A DNA stretch of 64,000 bases, from the NCBI GenBank assembly GCA_041736435.1, contig JBGSTS010000282.1:10321-74320 (forward strand), written 5' to 3'. Below, piece by piece: positions 48,992 to 58,821 of this stretch. The notes beneath the pieces were generated by a model. The model made no database searches and was not told where the DNA came from. It saw only the letters and a list, made by a program, of their open reading frames with translations. The translations under genes and the position numbers were made by a program. Position 1 is the first letter of the stretch. Every line of letters begins with the position of its first letter. This DNA is from Desulfobacterales bacterium. Its GTDB lineage: Bacteria; Desulfobacterota; Desulfobacteria; Desulfobacterales; SpSt-501.

Positions 48992-50025
48992 CGGCAACCG
49001 CTTTTCGGGCCGCGCGGTGGTTGAGAGCAGCGAAGGGAAACCTCATGCCGAACACTTTTTTCATCTTAGCATCGATCCTGGTCTTCCTGGCCGGCGGGTG
49101 TTCAGCGCCCCAGATCAAGCTGTTTCCCAGCCAGGCGGACCCTCTCCAGGAATCCACCCTGGAGGGCAGCGCGGAGCAGAAAATTCTGGTCATCCCCGTG
49201 CGCGGCGTCATCTCGAACAACCCCGATGAGGGGCTGATCCGCACCCGGCCGAGCGTGGTGCAGGAGGTGGTCTCGCACCTGCGCAAGGCTGCGCAGGACA
49301 AGGAAATCCGCGCCGTGGTGCTGCAGATCAACTCCCCCGGAGGTTCCGTGACCGGCAGCGACATCATCTACCACGAAATCCTGCGGTTCAAGGAAGAGCG
49401 CGGGATCCCCGTGGTCGCAGCCATGCTGGACGTGGCCGCATCCGGGGCCTATTACATTGCGCTGCCCGCCGATCACATCGTGGCCCACCCCACCACCGTA
49501 ACCGGATCGGTCGGGGTGATTTTTATCCGGCCAAAAGTGACCGCGCTGATGGAGAAAATCGGGGTAGGGGTCGAAGTCAGCAAATCCGGGGTGAACAAGG
49601 ATATCGGTTCCCCTTTCCGGCCCACGACCCCGGAAGAGGAAAAAATGCTTGCGGCCATGACGGGCCAGCTCGGCAAACGCTTCGTCGACCTGGTGGCACG
49701 GCACCGCAAGACGGACCCGGCGGCGCTGGCGGAGGTGGCCACCGCCCGGGTGTTCCTGGCAGACCGGGCGCTTTCCCTTGGGCTGTTGGACTCGATCGGC
49801 TACATGCCCGATGCCCTCCAGGAGGCCCGCCAACGCGCCGGCCTGCCGGAGATCGCACGGGTCGTGGTCTACCGCCGCAGCGAGAATCCAAACGACAACA
49901 TTTACAACCCGGTGACCTCGCAGGACGGCAGCCACCCGACTACGCTGCTGGACGTCGGGCTGCCGCGTCTGCTGCCCACAGGACAGGCCGGTTTTTACTA
50001 TCTGTGGACTACGGCGGCGGATTAG
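48988..50025 (+). CDS. sppA: signal peptide peptidase SppA (36K type)
   Basis: INSPGGSVTGSD and AASGAYYIA motifs. ATG 48988 overlaps the upstream stop (ATGA). The alternative start is ATG 49045 (MPNTFFILASILVFLAGGC). Confidence 0.85.
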   Translation: MTATAFRAARWLRAAKGNLMPNTFFILASILVFLAGGCSAPQIKLFPSQADPLQESTLEGSAEQKILVIPVRGVISNNPDEGLIRTRPSVVQEVVSHLRKAAQDKEIRAVVLQINSPGGSVTGSDIIYHEILRFKEERGIPVVAAMLDVAASGAYYIALPADHIVAHPTTVTGSVGVIFIRPKVTALMEKIGVGVEVSKSGVNKDIGSPFRPTTPEEEKMLAAMTGQLGKRFVDLVARHRKTDPAALAEVATARVFLADRALSLGLLDSIGYMPDALQEARQRAGLPEIARVVVYRRSENPNDNIYNPVTSQDGSHPTTLLDVGLPRLLPTGQAGFYYLWTTAAD

Positions 50026-50093
50026 ATTCAACGCTGCTAAAAAAAGCAGCGCTGAAGGCTGTGATCCGGCGTTGTGCGGCTTTTTTTAACCAC

Positions 50094-50756
50094 TTATTCG
50101 TCTTTAGGAGCGACGATTTTTCCCAGAAGCGTTTGGGGTGGATGGCCGTTGCCGCCGATGATGGCCTGGATTTTCTGCGTCAGCTGAATGCGTTCGACCA
50201 CGCGTGCGAGCACCTCGACGCTTTTGCGCAGCCGCTTTCCGCTCGACGTCATTTCCAGAAACCGTTGTTTTTCCCTCGGGGTGATCTCGTCGAGAGCGGC
50301 GATTGCAAAGGATAGCCGTCGCGGATCCGACAGGTCGGGCCACTCTGCGATGCCGGTCGGGAACCCGGTGTCGGCAAGCTCCCGCAGCAGGGTGAGCCCG
50401 TTTTCGGTAACGGCTGCCAGGTCGTGGCCTTCTACTTCCGGGTCGTCCTCGAAATACTCGACCCGCGCCTCCATGTAAGGCTTACGTTCGATCACCTCCT
50501 GCAGGATGAAACGCTGCTCGCCGCGCGTAAGAATATCCATGCGCCCGTCCTCGTATCGGTGCAGCACTTGACTTACGCGAGCCGTGCACCCCGCCGCCCG
50601 CATGGACTTGCCGTCGAACAGCACGATCCCGAAAACCGTGTTCGCGGCCATGCATTCTGAAATCATCAGCTTGTAGCGCTCCTCGAAAATGTGCAGCTGC
50701 AGCGGCATCCCGGGCAGCAGGACCAATCCCAGAGGGAAAAGCGGAATGGTGGGCAT
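50094..50756 (-). CDS. stand-alone Lon N-terminal (substrate-binding) domain protein
   Basis: IPLFPLGLVLLPGMPLQLHIFEERYK is the LON N-domain signature. No AAA+ or protease domain is present. Confidence 0.8.
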   Translation of the reverse strand: MPTIPLFPLGLVLLPGMPLQLHIFEERYKLMISECMAANTVFGIVLFDGKSMRAAGCTARVSQVLHRYEDGRMDILTRGEQRFILQEVIERKPYMEARVEYFEDDPEVEGHDLAAVTENGLTLLRELADTGFPTGIAEWPDLSDPRRLSFAIAALDEITPREKQRFLEMTSSGKRLRKSVEVLARVVERIQLTQKIQAIIGGNGHPPQTLLGKIVAPKDE

Positions 50757-50786
50757 GCGAAATTCCTTTCTTACTGATCATTCCCA

Positions 50787-50826
50787 AAATGCGCCATCCC
50801 GACTTTTCGGGATGGCGCATTTTTTT
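50787..50826 (-). terminator. hairpin terminator downstream of atoE
   Basis: AAATGCGCCATCCCGA (50787-802) pairs perfectly with TCGGGATGGCGCATTT (50807-22), loop CTTT. A/T runs flank both sides. Only the minus-strand gene (atoE) reads into it. Confidence 0.65.
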
Positions 50827-50918
50827 GCCTGACATACCCTTTGAATCGCACGGCGTTCACTCGCCGGCGGAGGCCGCCAAGTAAACGCTCCGCTGCCTGT
50901 TGACGGTGACGCCCTGAC

Positions 50919-52274
50919 CTACAGGACCCCGAAGCCAACCAGCAGGGCACAGGCGGTCAAGATCGCACCCGCCCAGAGCAGGGCCATGGTGGTGTAGCCC
51001 ATGACATCGCGGGCGGAGAGCCCCGCGAGCCCCAGAAGCGGCAGGGCCCAGAAGGGCTGGATCATGTTCGTCCACTGGTCGCCCCAAGCCACCATCATGG
51101 CAGAGCGCACCATGTCGATCCCCATGGTCTTGGCCGCCTCGATCGTGATCGGCCCCTGGACGGCCCACTGCCCGCCGCCGGAGGGAACGAAAAAGTTGAT
51201 GATGCCGCCGGCCCAGAACTGGAACATGTAGAAGGTTTCGGGCACGGATATGGCAACGAACCATCCGGCAATCACCTTCGCCAGCCCCGTGCCGATCATG
51301 ATGCCCTGGATCCCTCCGTAGAGCGGGAACTGCAGGGCGATGGCGCCGGCGCCTTTGATGGCGGTGGCGATGGCGTTGATGTAGTTCACGGGTTTGCCGT
51401 GGAGGAGCACGCCGCTGATGAAGAAGATGAAAATGACGATGTTGAGGTTGAGGTCGAACCCTTTGGTGCTGAAGTGATTGTAAAGGTAAATCACCCCCAT
51501 CAACCCGAAGATGATATTGATGATGTAACTGTGGTCGATACGCTGCGCCAGCGTCGCCTGCGCGGGAAAGGGGACGTTTACGGTGATGCTCTCGACCTCT
51601 TTGAGCTTCTCGGGCGAGATGCGCTTGACCTCATCGGCCTTGGGGTGGATCAGAGCGTAGAGTAGTGGCATGGTGAAGACGATCACGAAAAGAGGCACGA
51701 GGTTAAAGGCCTGAAAGATGCTGTCCGAGACCGGGACCACGGCGCCGGTGGCCTTTTCGATGAAGTTCTGGGCGCTCTTGGCGGTGGCGCATACCAGCGG
51801 GATCGAACCCGAGAGCCCCATGTGCCAGACCACGAAGCCGCTGTAGCCGGCGGCAACGAGGTAGGGGAAATCGACCTCCCGGTTGCGCTTGGCGATCTCA
51901 ACCGCCAGCAGGCCGCTCACGATCAACCCGAAGCCCCAGTTGATCCACGAACAGACGCCGCCGACGAAGGCGACGATCATCCCCGCCCTGACCGGGGTGC
52001 TCCCGATGGAGGCGATGGCCATAAGGATCCGATTCACCACCGGCGTCAAAGCGAGGGCATGGCCGGTGATCAAGATCAAGATCATCTGGAAAGCGAAAGC
52101 GATGATGCCGTAGATCCCGCCGCCCCATGTAGTGATGACTTTCATGAACCCGGCATCGGTGACAATCAGGGCCAGGATGGCGGACAAAAAGGTCAACAGA
52201 ATGGCAAACAGGTAGGCGTCCGGAAGATAGTTGTGCATGATGTGGGTGAAGAACGAAGCCAAGCGCCTGAGCAT
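50919..52274 (-). CDS. atoE: short-chain fatty acid transporter (AtoE family)
   Basis: The 451-aa polytopic protein starts MLRRLASFFTHIMHNYLPDAYLFAILLT, a typical AtoE N-terminus. Confidence 0.8.
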   Translation of the reverse strand: MLRRLASFFTHIMHNYLPDAYLFAILLTFLSAILALIVTDAGFMKVITTWGGGIYGIIAFAFQMILILITGHALALTPVVNRILMAIASIGSTPVRAGMIVAFVGGVCSWINWGFGLIVSGLLAVEIAKRNREVDFPYLVAAGYSGFVVWHMGLSGSIPLVCATAKSAQNFIEKATGAVVPVSDSIFQAFNLVPLFVIVFTMPLLYALIHPKADEVKRISPEKLKEVESITVNVPFPAQATLAQRIDHSYIINIIFGLMGVIYLYNHFSTKGFDLNLNIVIFIFFISGVLLHGKPVNYINAIATAIKGAGAIALQFPLYGGIQGIMIGTGLAKVIAGWFVAISVPETFYMFQFWAGGIINFFVPSGGGQWAVQGPITIEAAKTMGIDMVRSAMMVAWGDQWTNMIQPFWALPLLGLAGLSARDVMGYTTMALLWAGAILTACALLVGFGVL

Positions 52275-52549
52275 GGTGAATCCTCCTTCCTATTGAGAGG
52301 TTGAAGATGCCCGCCGCCTTTCCACGAGGCCGGGGCGGCGGGTCCATATCGAGATCAAGGAAGAAAAAAGGGTTCTCACTCAGAAGGGGCGGCACCAGGC
52401 AACCTGCAGCCGTCCCCGCAACTCGTTCGTTCGCTTAACCCGTTGCGTTCATCCGTAGCAAGTCGTTCAGGTGCCCTATATCCGGTTTTTCTCCTTTTGG
52501 CTAAGGTTTTTATTGGAAGTGGTTGCGGCCACACGCTTACCGGCGGCGA

Positions 52550-55051
52550 TTACGAATACGGGTTGCCATTCGCGCCTGGCGCGGATGGGGAATCGCCTGC
52601 GAGCCAGGGTTTGGCGAAGGCCATTTCCACATTCGTTCCCGCGCCGAAGGCAACGTCCAACGCCTCGTCGATGCGCTCCACCAAGACGAACCGCAGCTCA
52701 TCGCGAACCTCCTGCGGCAGGTCGTCGAGATCCTTCTCATTGCGTTTGGGAAGGATCACAGTGGTCAATCCGGCCCGGTGAGCGGCCAACACTTTCATCT
52801 TGACCCCGCCCACCGGAAGCACCCGGCCGCGCAAGGTAACCTCCCCGGTCATGCCCACATCCCCCCGCACGGTGCGTCCACTGAAAAGACTCGCCATGGC
52901 CATGGCCATGGCGACCCCGGCCGAGGGGCCGTCCTTGGGGATGGCTCCGGCGGGCACATGCAGGTGGACATCGGTGGACTCGAACACGTCGGCAGCAATT
53001 CCGAGCTGATGGGCCTTGGACCGGACGAAGCTGTGCGCGATTTGGGCGCTCTCGCGCATGACATCGCCCAACTGGCCGGTCAAGGTGAGGTTGCCCTTGC
53101 CCTTCATGCGGGTGGCCTCGATGAAAAGGATGTCGCCACCCACCGCCGTCACCGCAAGCCCGGTGGCAATACCCGGGATCTCGATCTGCTCGGAGCGTTC
53201 GGCCTCGAATTTCTCCTTCTTGAGCTGCTCGCGCACCAACTCCTCGGTCACCACCACGTGGGACCACTGGTGGCCGACGATGCACACGACGCTCTTGCGG
53301 CAGATCGCCCCGATCTGCCGCTCCAGGTTGCGCACGCCGGCCTCGCGGGTGTAGTCCTGAATGAGCTTGCGCACCGCGTCGTCGGTCAAGGTGATCTCGT
53401 CGTCCTTTAGCCCATGCGCCCGAATCTGGCGCGGGATCAGGTGACGCTTGGCAATCTGGAGCTTTTCGTATTCGGTGTAGCCGTCCAGAGCAATGATCTC
53501 CATCCGATCCCGCAGCGGCGCCGGAATGGTTTCGAGCTGATTGGCGGTGGTGATGAAAATCACATCGCTGAGGTCGAAATCAACGTCCAGGTAGTGGTCG
53601 CGGAAGGCGTGGTTCTGGGCCGGGTCGAGCACCTCGAGCAGTGCGCTGCTCGGGTCTCCGCGCCAATCCATGCCGACCTTGTCCACTTCGTCCAGCATGA
53701 AGACCGGATTTCGGGTTCCGGCGCGTTTGACGGCCTGAATGATACGCCCCGGCATGGCCCCGATATAAGTACGCCGATGCCCGCGGATCTCTGCCTCGTC
53801 CCTCACCCCGCCTAAACTCATGCGGGTGAAGCTGCGCCCCAAGGCCCGGGCGATGCTTTTGCCCAGACTGGTTTTTCCCACGCCCGGAGGGCCGGCGAAG
53901 CACAGGATAGCCCCCATGGCCTCGGACATCTTTCCGGACCCCTCCGTGGCCTTGACGCCGCGCTCGGCGACGAGCTTGCGCACGGCGAGGTACTCGACAA
54001 TGCGCTCTTTCACGTCCTGCAGGCCGTAGTGGTCCTCGTCGAGCACCGTTCGCGCGTGGTCGATGTCGGTCCGGTCCTCGCTGGTCTTATTCCAGGGCAA
54101 GTCCACCAGCCAATCCAGATACGTTTTGATGATGGAGGCCTCCGGGGCATGCGGCGACATGCCTTCCAAACGCTTGAGTTCGCGCTGGGCCTCCTTGCGG
54201 GCCTCGGCGGGCAGATCGGCCTTTTCGATTTTCTCGGCATACCCGACGGACTCGGATTCGGCCTCTTCAGGCTCCCCCAGCTCTTTCTGGATGGCCTTCA
54301 GCTGCTGGCGCAGGAAGTAGTCTTTCTGCGCTTTTTCCATACCTTCCCGCGCCTCGCTCTGGATCTTGCGGCCGAGCGAAAGCACCTCCTTCTCCCGGCT
54401 GAGATGTGCAATCAGGGCGCGCAGCTTTTCTTTGATGTCATCCACCTCCAGGATGGTTTGGGCCTTAGCCATTTCCATGCCGGCATAGTTGGCCACGAGA
54501 TAGATCAGATAGCGCGGATCCTTGACTTGGGCCAGGAACTCTCCCGCCTCCTTGGGGTAGTTGGCTGAGAGGGCGACAACCTCCTGGGCCGCCTCGAGCA
54601 GACTGCGCTGCAGCGCATCGGTTTCCAAATCGGCAGAAACGATGTCCGGTGTCACGTGGATGTTGGCCCGCAGGTAGGGCTTGTCGGCAATCCAGACGTC
54701 GACCTTGAACCGCTCAAGGCATTGTACGATCACGTTGAGCGTGTTGTCCGCGCTCTTTGCCACGCGCTCGATTCGCGCAATCGTCCCCGTTTCGTAGACC
54801 TGACCCGGGAGGGGCTCGTCGATCTCCGGGAATTTCATGGCCACCAGGCCGATCAAATGATTGCCGTGCTGAGCGTCTTCGACGAGTTTGACCGAGCGCT
54901 CGACGCCGACGGACAGGGGCAGGATAGTGAACGGAAAGGCTACCGTATTGCGCAACGGCAAGATCGGCAGCTCAGCCGGGAATTCGATCTTGCTCAGCTT
55001 CGAACCGGCCTCGGGGTCGGCCGGAATGATGATCTTGTGGGCATTGCTCAT
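52550..55051 (-). CDS. lon: ATP-dependent Lon protease
   Basis: Contains an N-domain, Walker [16 protein letters not shown], and the catalytic Ser in [11 protein letters not shown]. Confidence 0.95.
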   Translation of the reverse strand: MSNAHKIIIPADPEAGSKLSKIEFPAELPILPLRNTVAFPFTILPLSVGVERSVKLVEDAQHGNHLIGLVAMKFPEIDEPLPGQVYETGTIARIERVAKSADNTLNVIVQCLERFKVDVWIADKPYLRANIHVTPDIVSADLETDALQRSLLEAAQEVVALSANYPKEAGEFLAQVKDPRYLIYLVANYAGMEMAKAQTILEVDDIKEKLRALIAHLSREKEVLSLGRKIQSEAREGMEKAQKDYFLRQQLKAIQKELGEPEEAESESVGYAEKIEKADLPAEARKEAQRELKRLEGMSPHAPEASIIKTYLDWLVDLPWNKTSEDRTDIDHARTVLDEDHYGLQDVKERIVEYLAVRKLVAERGVKATEGSGKMSEAMGAILCFAGPPGVGKTSLGKSIARALGRSFTRMSLGGVRDEAEIRGHRRTYIGAMPGRIIQAVKRAGTRNPVFMLDEVDKVGMDWRGDPSSALLEVLDPAQNHAFRDHYLDVDFDLSDVIFITTANQLETIPAPLRDRMEIIALDGYTEYEKLQIAKRHLIPRQIRAHGLKDDEITLTDDAVRKLIQDYTREAGVRNLERQIGAICRKSVVCIVGHQWSHVVVTEELVREQLKKEKFEAERSEQIEIPGIATGLAVTAVGGDILFIEATRMKGKGNLTLTGQLGDVMRESAQIAHSFVRSKAHQLGIAADVFESTDVHLHVPAGAIPKDGPSAGVAMAMAMASLFSGRTVRGDVGMTGEVTLRGRVLPVGGVKMKVLAAHRAGLTTVILPKRNEKDLDDLPQEVRDELRFVLVERIDEALDVAFGAGTNVEMAFAKPWLAGDSPSAPGANGNPYS

Positions 55052-55170
55052 GAGTGTCGCTCCATAGAGGATGTGGGTTTGAAATTACATTACTTTCGTC
55101 TTTGTTGGTTTCAAGGTAATTCCGGACGGAAGATTGTAAAGCCGATGCGACTCGGTATATAGGTAGAGCC

Positions 55171-56376
55171 ATGGGAACCCTGCTGCGTTATGTGGTTACA
55201 AGTCTGTTGATCTGCGCGTCTCTCGGCTGCGGGAGATCCGTTCCCGGGGTCCCGATCGACCCGGTGCCCGCGAATGTGCCCGAGGGCTACCGCCCGCTTT
55301 ACCGGGAGCTGGAGTTTGAACTCTCGCTCCTGAACCCTGTCTTCAATACCCTCGCAAGCCGCAAGACCGAAGCGACCATTTTCGGAGTCGAACTGCCCGC
55401 AGCTTCCGTACACCGGGTCCAACGCCTGCCCGACGATGACCAGCTCACATCGGCAGCCCTGACCCTGGACCGGTTGCAAACGCTCGGCGTCAGAATCATC
55501 TGCCTGAACGTCCTCTATCCCGTTCTGACGCAGGATTTTCCCCAGACCCCCTTGTACCGCAATTTTTACCGCAGCATCGGTGGCGAAATCCGCCGGCGGG
55601 GGTTTCTGCTGGTGGTCACCATGGGGGTCATGCCCCGCGAGCCGGAGTTGAGCCCGCTGCCTGCGGGCGCTGCCGGGCTGGACCGCACCCGCTTCAACTC
55701 CGGCTTGAGAGAAATGGCCGAAACCATCCTCACGGACCTGCAGCCGGACTACCTGACCATACTCTCCGAGCCGGACACGGTCGCTCAAAACGCTGGGCTG
55801 CCCTTCTCCCCCAAGGAGTTCGCCGCGACCATACAGCACGTGGTCCAGGGGCTCGACGCGGGCACTGTGAAATTGGGTGCCGGGACCGGCACCTGGGCCG
55901 CCTCGGAGTACCTCAAGGCCCTGGGGGCCATATCCGAGCTGCACTACCTCGACCTGCACATCCATCCGGTTCGCTATGGTTTCACTTCCGATCGGGTCAC
56001 CCAGGCGGCTGAGGTCGCCCGGAGCCGCGGCAAAAAAATTTCGATCGGCGCCGCCTGGCTGCAAAAGGAGTCCAGGCGTGAGTTTGGACAGCTGAGCCGC
56101 CCGGAGTCCCTTGCGCGGGAGGTGTTCTCTTTCTGGCATCCGCTCGACCGGCGCTTCGTGGAAATGGTGGTGGGGATCGCGCACAGCCTCAAGGCGGAGT
56201 TTTGCGTCTTCTCCCGGACCGAATATCTCTTCGCCGCCATTGAATATTCAGAGGAATCGGGCCGCCTGCCGCCGACCCAACTCCTGCAGATGATCGACGC
56301 CCAGGCGGCCGCCCGCAGTGCCGCCGGAAGGCTCACCCCCGCCGGCGAGAGGTTCAAGGATCTGACGGCCGACTGA
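55171..56376 (+). CDS. hypothetical lipoprotein (possibly TIM-barrel glycosidase-like)
   Basis: Lipobox LICASLGCG. LTILSEPD faintly recalls the GH5 NEP motif. No firm family assignment. The antisense 357-aa ORF looks like a GC-shadow. Confidence 0.55.
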   Translation: MGTLLRYVVTSLLICASLGCGRSVPGVPIDPVPANVPEGYRPLYRELEFELSLLNPVFNTLASRKTEATIFGVELPAASVHRVQRLPDDDQLTSAALTLDRLQTLGVRIICLNVLYPVLTQDFPQTPLYRNFYRSIGGEIRRRGFLLVVTMGVMPREPELSPLPAGAAGLDRTRFNSGLREMAETILTDLQPDYLTILSEPDTVAQNAGLPFSPKEFAATIQHVVQGLDAGTVKLGAGTGTWAASEYLKALGAISELHYLDLHIHPVRYGFTSDRVTQAAEVARSRGKKISIGAAWLQKESRREFGQLSRPESLAREVFSFWHPLDRRFVEMVVGIAHSLKAEFCVFSRTEYLFAAIEYSEESGRLPPTQLLQMIDAQAAARSAAGRLTPAGERFKDLTAD

Positions 56377-56461
56377 GCTTCGGAATTCCTTCTTGACAGC
56401 GGCGCGCAAACACCGTAAGAGCACGACCTATATTCTACAACATCTCAATTTGTTTGAGCTT

Positions 56462-56515
56462 ATGGGACGCTTCTCTCGCTTTTGGTGGTTTAGAAGCGTC
56501 CATCCGGGTCGGTAG
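56462..56515 (+). CDS. candidate Phe/Trp-rich leader peptide MGRFSRFWWFRSVHPGR
   Basis: Hand-read 17-codon ORF plus TAG. 5 of its 17 residues are Phe or Trp, in a FWWF run. It is followed by alternative helices and a terminator, upstream of an aromatic-amino-acid biosynthesis gene. The SD is weak (GAG). Confidence 0.55.
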   Translation: MGRFSRFWWFRSVHPGR

Positions 56516-56578
56516 CAACCCCCCTGCAACCATCACCCCGGATGGACCGGAATCGGTCTGTTCGGGGTCAGGTCTATG

Positions 56579-56615
56579 AGGCCCCGAGACGAAATGCTCG
56601 GGGCCTTTGCTTTGG
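56579..56615 (+). terminator. attenuator terminator in the aro/phe leader
   Basis: AGGCCCCGAG (56579-88), loop ACGAAATG, CTCGGGGCCT (56597-606), then TTGCTTTGG. It lies 150 nt upstream of the structural gene's ATG. Confidence 0.65.
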
Positions 56616-56756
56616 TGGCACCGGCAACATCACCCGACACCGCACGGTTGGAGGCGTCAGGGGGTGGCCGGGACGAACTGGTTGCGGAGGGGACCGGCTC
56701 AGTGGCCCGACGGACGGATGAAGGCTCAGGATGTCCCGCATAAGAAGGAGAAAGTC

Positions 56757-58628
56757 ATGATCGTTGAACTGGAGAAGGAACTGGCACCGGAAGCCAAAAT
56801 CGACCTGGTTTTGAAGTTGAAGGCCTCCCGCTGCGATTGTAGGGACCTGCCGGCGACGGACTGCGAGCGGATCGGGATTTTAGGCAAGCCCGGCTGCAGC
56901 AGCGAGGAGATCGGCCGCATCCCCGGCGTGGCGCGCGTAATCCGAGTGAAAACCCCCTACAAGCTGGTCGGCCGCGAGATGCACCCCCAGGACACCTGCG
57001 TACGCGTGGGGGACGTGGTGGTCGGCGGTGAGAACATCTCGGTCATCGCCGGCCCCTGCGCCGTCGAGAGTCTGGAACAGGCGCTGACGATCGCGCGCGA
57101 GGTCCAGCGCGCCGGGGCCTCCCTGTTTCGCGGCGGTGCCTTCAAACCGCGCACCTCCCCTTACTCCTTCCAGGGACTGGAGGAACAGGGCTTGCGAATC
57201 CTGGCCGAGGTGCGTGAAACCCTGGGCATCGGGGTAGTGACCGAGATGACCTCCCCGTCCCAGGCCGACCTGATGATGAAGTACATCGACGTGGTCCAGG
57301 TCGGCGCCCGCAATATGCAGAACTTCGAACTGCTCAAGTGCGTGGGGCGCATGGGCAAGCCGGTCCTGCTTAAACGCGGCCTGGCGGGAACTCTCGAGGA
57401 GTGGCTCATGTCCGCCGAGTACATCCTCGCCGAGGGCAACTGCCAGGTCATCCTCTGCGAACGCGGCATCCGGACCTTCGAGCCTTACACGCGCAATACC
57501 CTGGACCTGTCCGCCATCCCGGTCCTCAAAAAGCTCACCCACCTGCCCATCGTCGTCGACCCGAGCCACGCCACCGGCATGCGTGAGAAGGTCAGCCCCA
57601 TGGCGCGCTCCGCCGTGGCCGCCGGTGCGGACGGCCTCATGATCGAGGTGCACCACGACCCGGATCACGCCATGTCCGACGGCGCCCAGAGCCTCTACCC
57701 CCACCAGTTCCGGCAGCTCATGCGGGACATCTACGTCATCGCGCCGGTCGTCGGCAAGCAGCTGGACTTTTCGCACCTGGAGCGCATTAGGGTGATCGGC
57801 CGCAAACGCAAAAGCGGGGGCACACGCCAGCGTGCCGGGTTTATGGGTCGGATCGGCACCTTCAGCCACAAAGCCTGCCTGCAGTATTTCGGGGAAGCCG
57901 CCGATGCCGTGCCGCTGCCGACCTTTCAATCCATCTTCGAGGCGGTCAAGGCGGATGGCATCGACTATGGGATCGTCCCCCTGGAGAACTCGCTTTCCGG
58001 AAGCATCCATGAAAACTACGACCTGCTGCGCGATTACGACCTGCGTATCATCGGTGAGGTGCAGATCCGCATCACCCAGAACCTGCTGGCCAAACCCGGC
58101 ACAGAGCTGCCCCAGATCCGGCGGGTGCTCTCTCATCCTCAGGGCATCGAGCAGTGCCGCCAGTTCCTATCCCAGCATAATTGGGAGCTCGTCTCCGTGA
58201 GCGACACGGCCGGGGCCGCCGAGCGGGTCGGCCGGGCAACGGGCAACGGGGACGCTGCCATCGCCGGCCTGATCACAGCCGAGATCTACGGCCTGGCGGT
58301 CATCGCGGAGGGCATCGAAACCAACCCGCGCAACTACACGCGCTTCGTCGTCATCGGCAAAGCTCCGATCGAAGCCCGCAAGGCCACCAAGACCTCGCTC
58401 ATCCTCTCGGCCAAAAACGAGCCGGGCGCTCTATTTTCAATTCTTCAGGTGTTTGCCGAACAGAAGATCAACATGACCAAGCTCGAGTCCCGCCCCATCC
58501 CTGGAGAACCCTGGCGCTATAATTTTTACATCGACATCGAGGCGGACCTCGAGTCTGAAGCGCTCGCCGAGGTGCAGGCGGCGCTGACGGAAAAGAGCGA
58601 CTACCTGAAAATTTTAGGCTGCTACTGA
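56757..58628 (+). CDS. fusion protein: type I-beta DAHP synthase (with N-terminal ferredoxin-like regulatory domain) + prephenate dehydratase with ACT domain
   Basis: ATG 56757 follows AAGGAG. The DAHPS part has VIAGPCAVES, GAFKPRTSPYSFQG and VDPSHATG. The PDT part has LENSLSGSI, NYTRFVVIG and TKLESRPI. It is one uninterrupted frame. Confidence 0.85.
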   Translation: MIVELEKELAPEAKIDLVLKLKASRCDCRDLPATDCERIGILGKPGCSSEEIGRIPGVARVIRVKTPYKLVGREMHPQDTCVRVGDVVVGGENISVIAGPCAVESLEQALTIAREVQRAGASLFRGGAFKPRTSPYSFQGLEEQGLRILAEVRETLGIGVVTEMTSPSQADLMMKYIDVVQVGARNMQNFELLKCVGRMGKPVLLKRGLAGTLEEWLMSAEYILAEGNCQVILCERGIRTFEPYTRNTLDLSAIPVLKKLTHLPIVVDPSHATGMREKVSPMARSAVAAGADGLMIEVHHDPDHAMSDGAQSLYPHQFRQLMRDIYVIAPVVGKQLDFSHLERIRVIGRKRKSGGTRQRAGFMGRIGTFSHKACLQYFGEAADAVPLPTFQSIFEAVKADGIDYGIVPLENSLSGSIHENYDLLRDYDLRIIGEVQIRITQNLLAKPGTELPQIRRVLSHPQGIEQCRQFLSQHNWELVSVSDTAGAAERVGRATGNGDAAIAGLITAEIYGLAVIAEGIETNPRNYTRFVVIGKAPIEARKATKTSLILSAKNEPGALFSILQVFAEQKINMTKLESRPIPGEPWRYNFYIDIEADLESEALAEVQAALTEKSDYLKILGCY

Positions 58629-58821
58629 AGCGGCCGGGAGACCGCTGGATCTGCTCGGCTGAGCATCGCCCCCGGCAGGTGGGACCCACCGCCGAGTGGA
58701 AGCGACGTTTAGAATCAAATTTGATCTTGCATCTTCCTTTCACCGTGAATAGGGTTAAAGGCCAGGCCCATACCGGTCCATTTCAAACAAAAAATCCACT
58801 TCCCCGAACAAGGAGCACATC

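Noticed and set aside
50030-50093. Weak hairpins after sppA: CGCTGC-taaaaaaa-GCAGCG, and GCGGC followed by TTTTTTT.
   Set aside because: The stems are only 3-6 bp and the poly-T is not preceded by a convincing helix. I did not call a terminator.
52310-52342. A CCCGCCGCC / GGCGGCGGG 9-bp stem with a 15-nt loop in the atoE 5' region, considered as a lon terminator or riboswitch element.
   Set aside because: No U tract follows on the transcribed strand. It is about 208 nt from the lon stop. I recognise no riboswitch consensus. The evidence is insufficient for any call.
55052-55170. A CTTGAAA heat-shock (sigma32) -35-like element upstream of lon.
   Set aside because: The nearest CCCACATC-like -10 candidate is about 31 nt away, against the expected 13-15 nt. 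The spacing is not compatible.
56393-56434. A consensus TTGACA (56393-98) and TATATT (56429-34) upstream of the leader peptide, considered as one sigma70 promoter.
   Set aside because: The hexamers are 30 nt apart, far beyond the 16-18 nt spacing. Only the TATATT might serve as a -10 element, with a poor -35. I therefore did not call a promoter feature.
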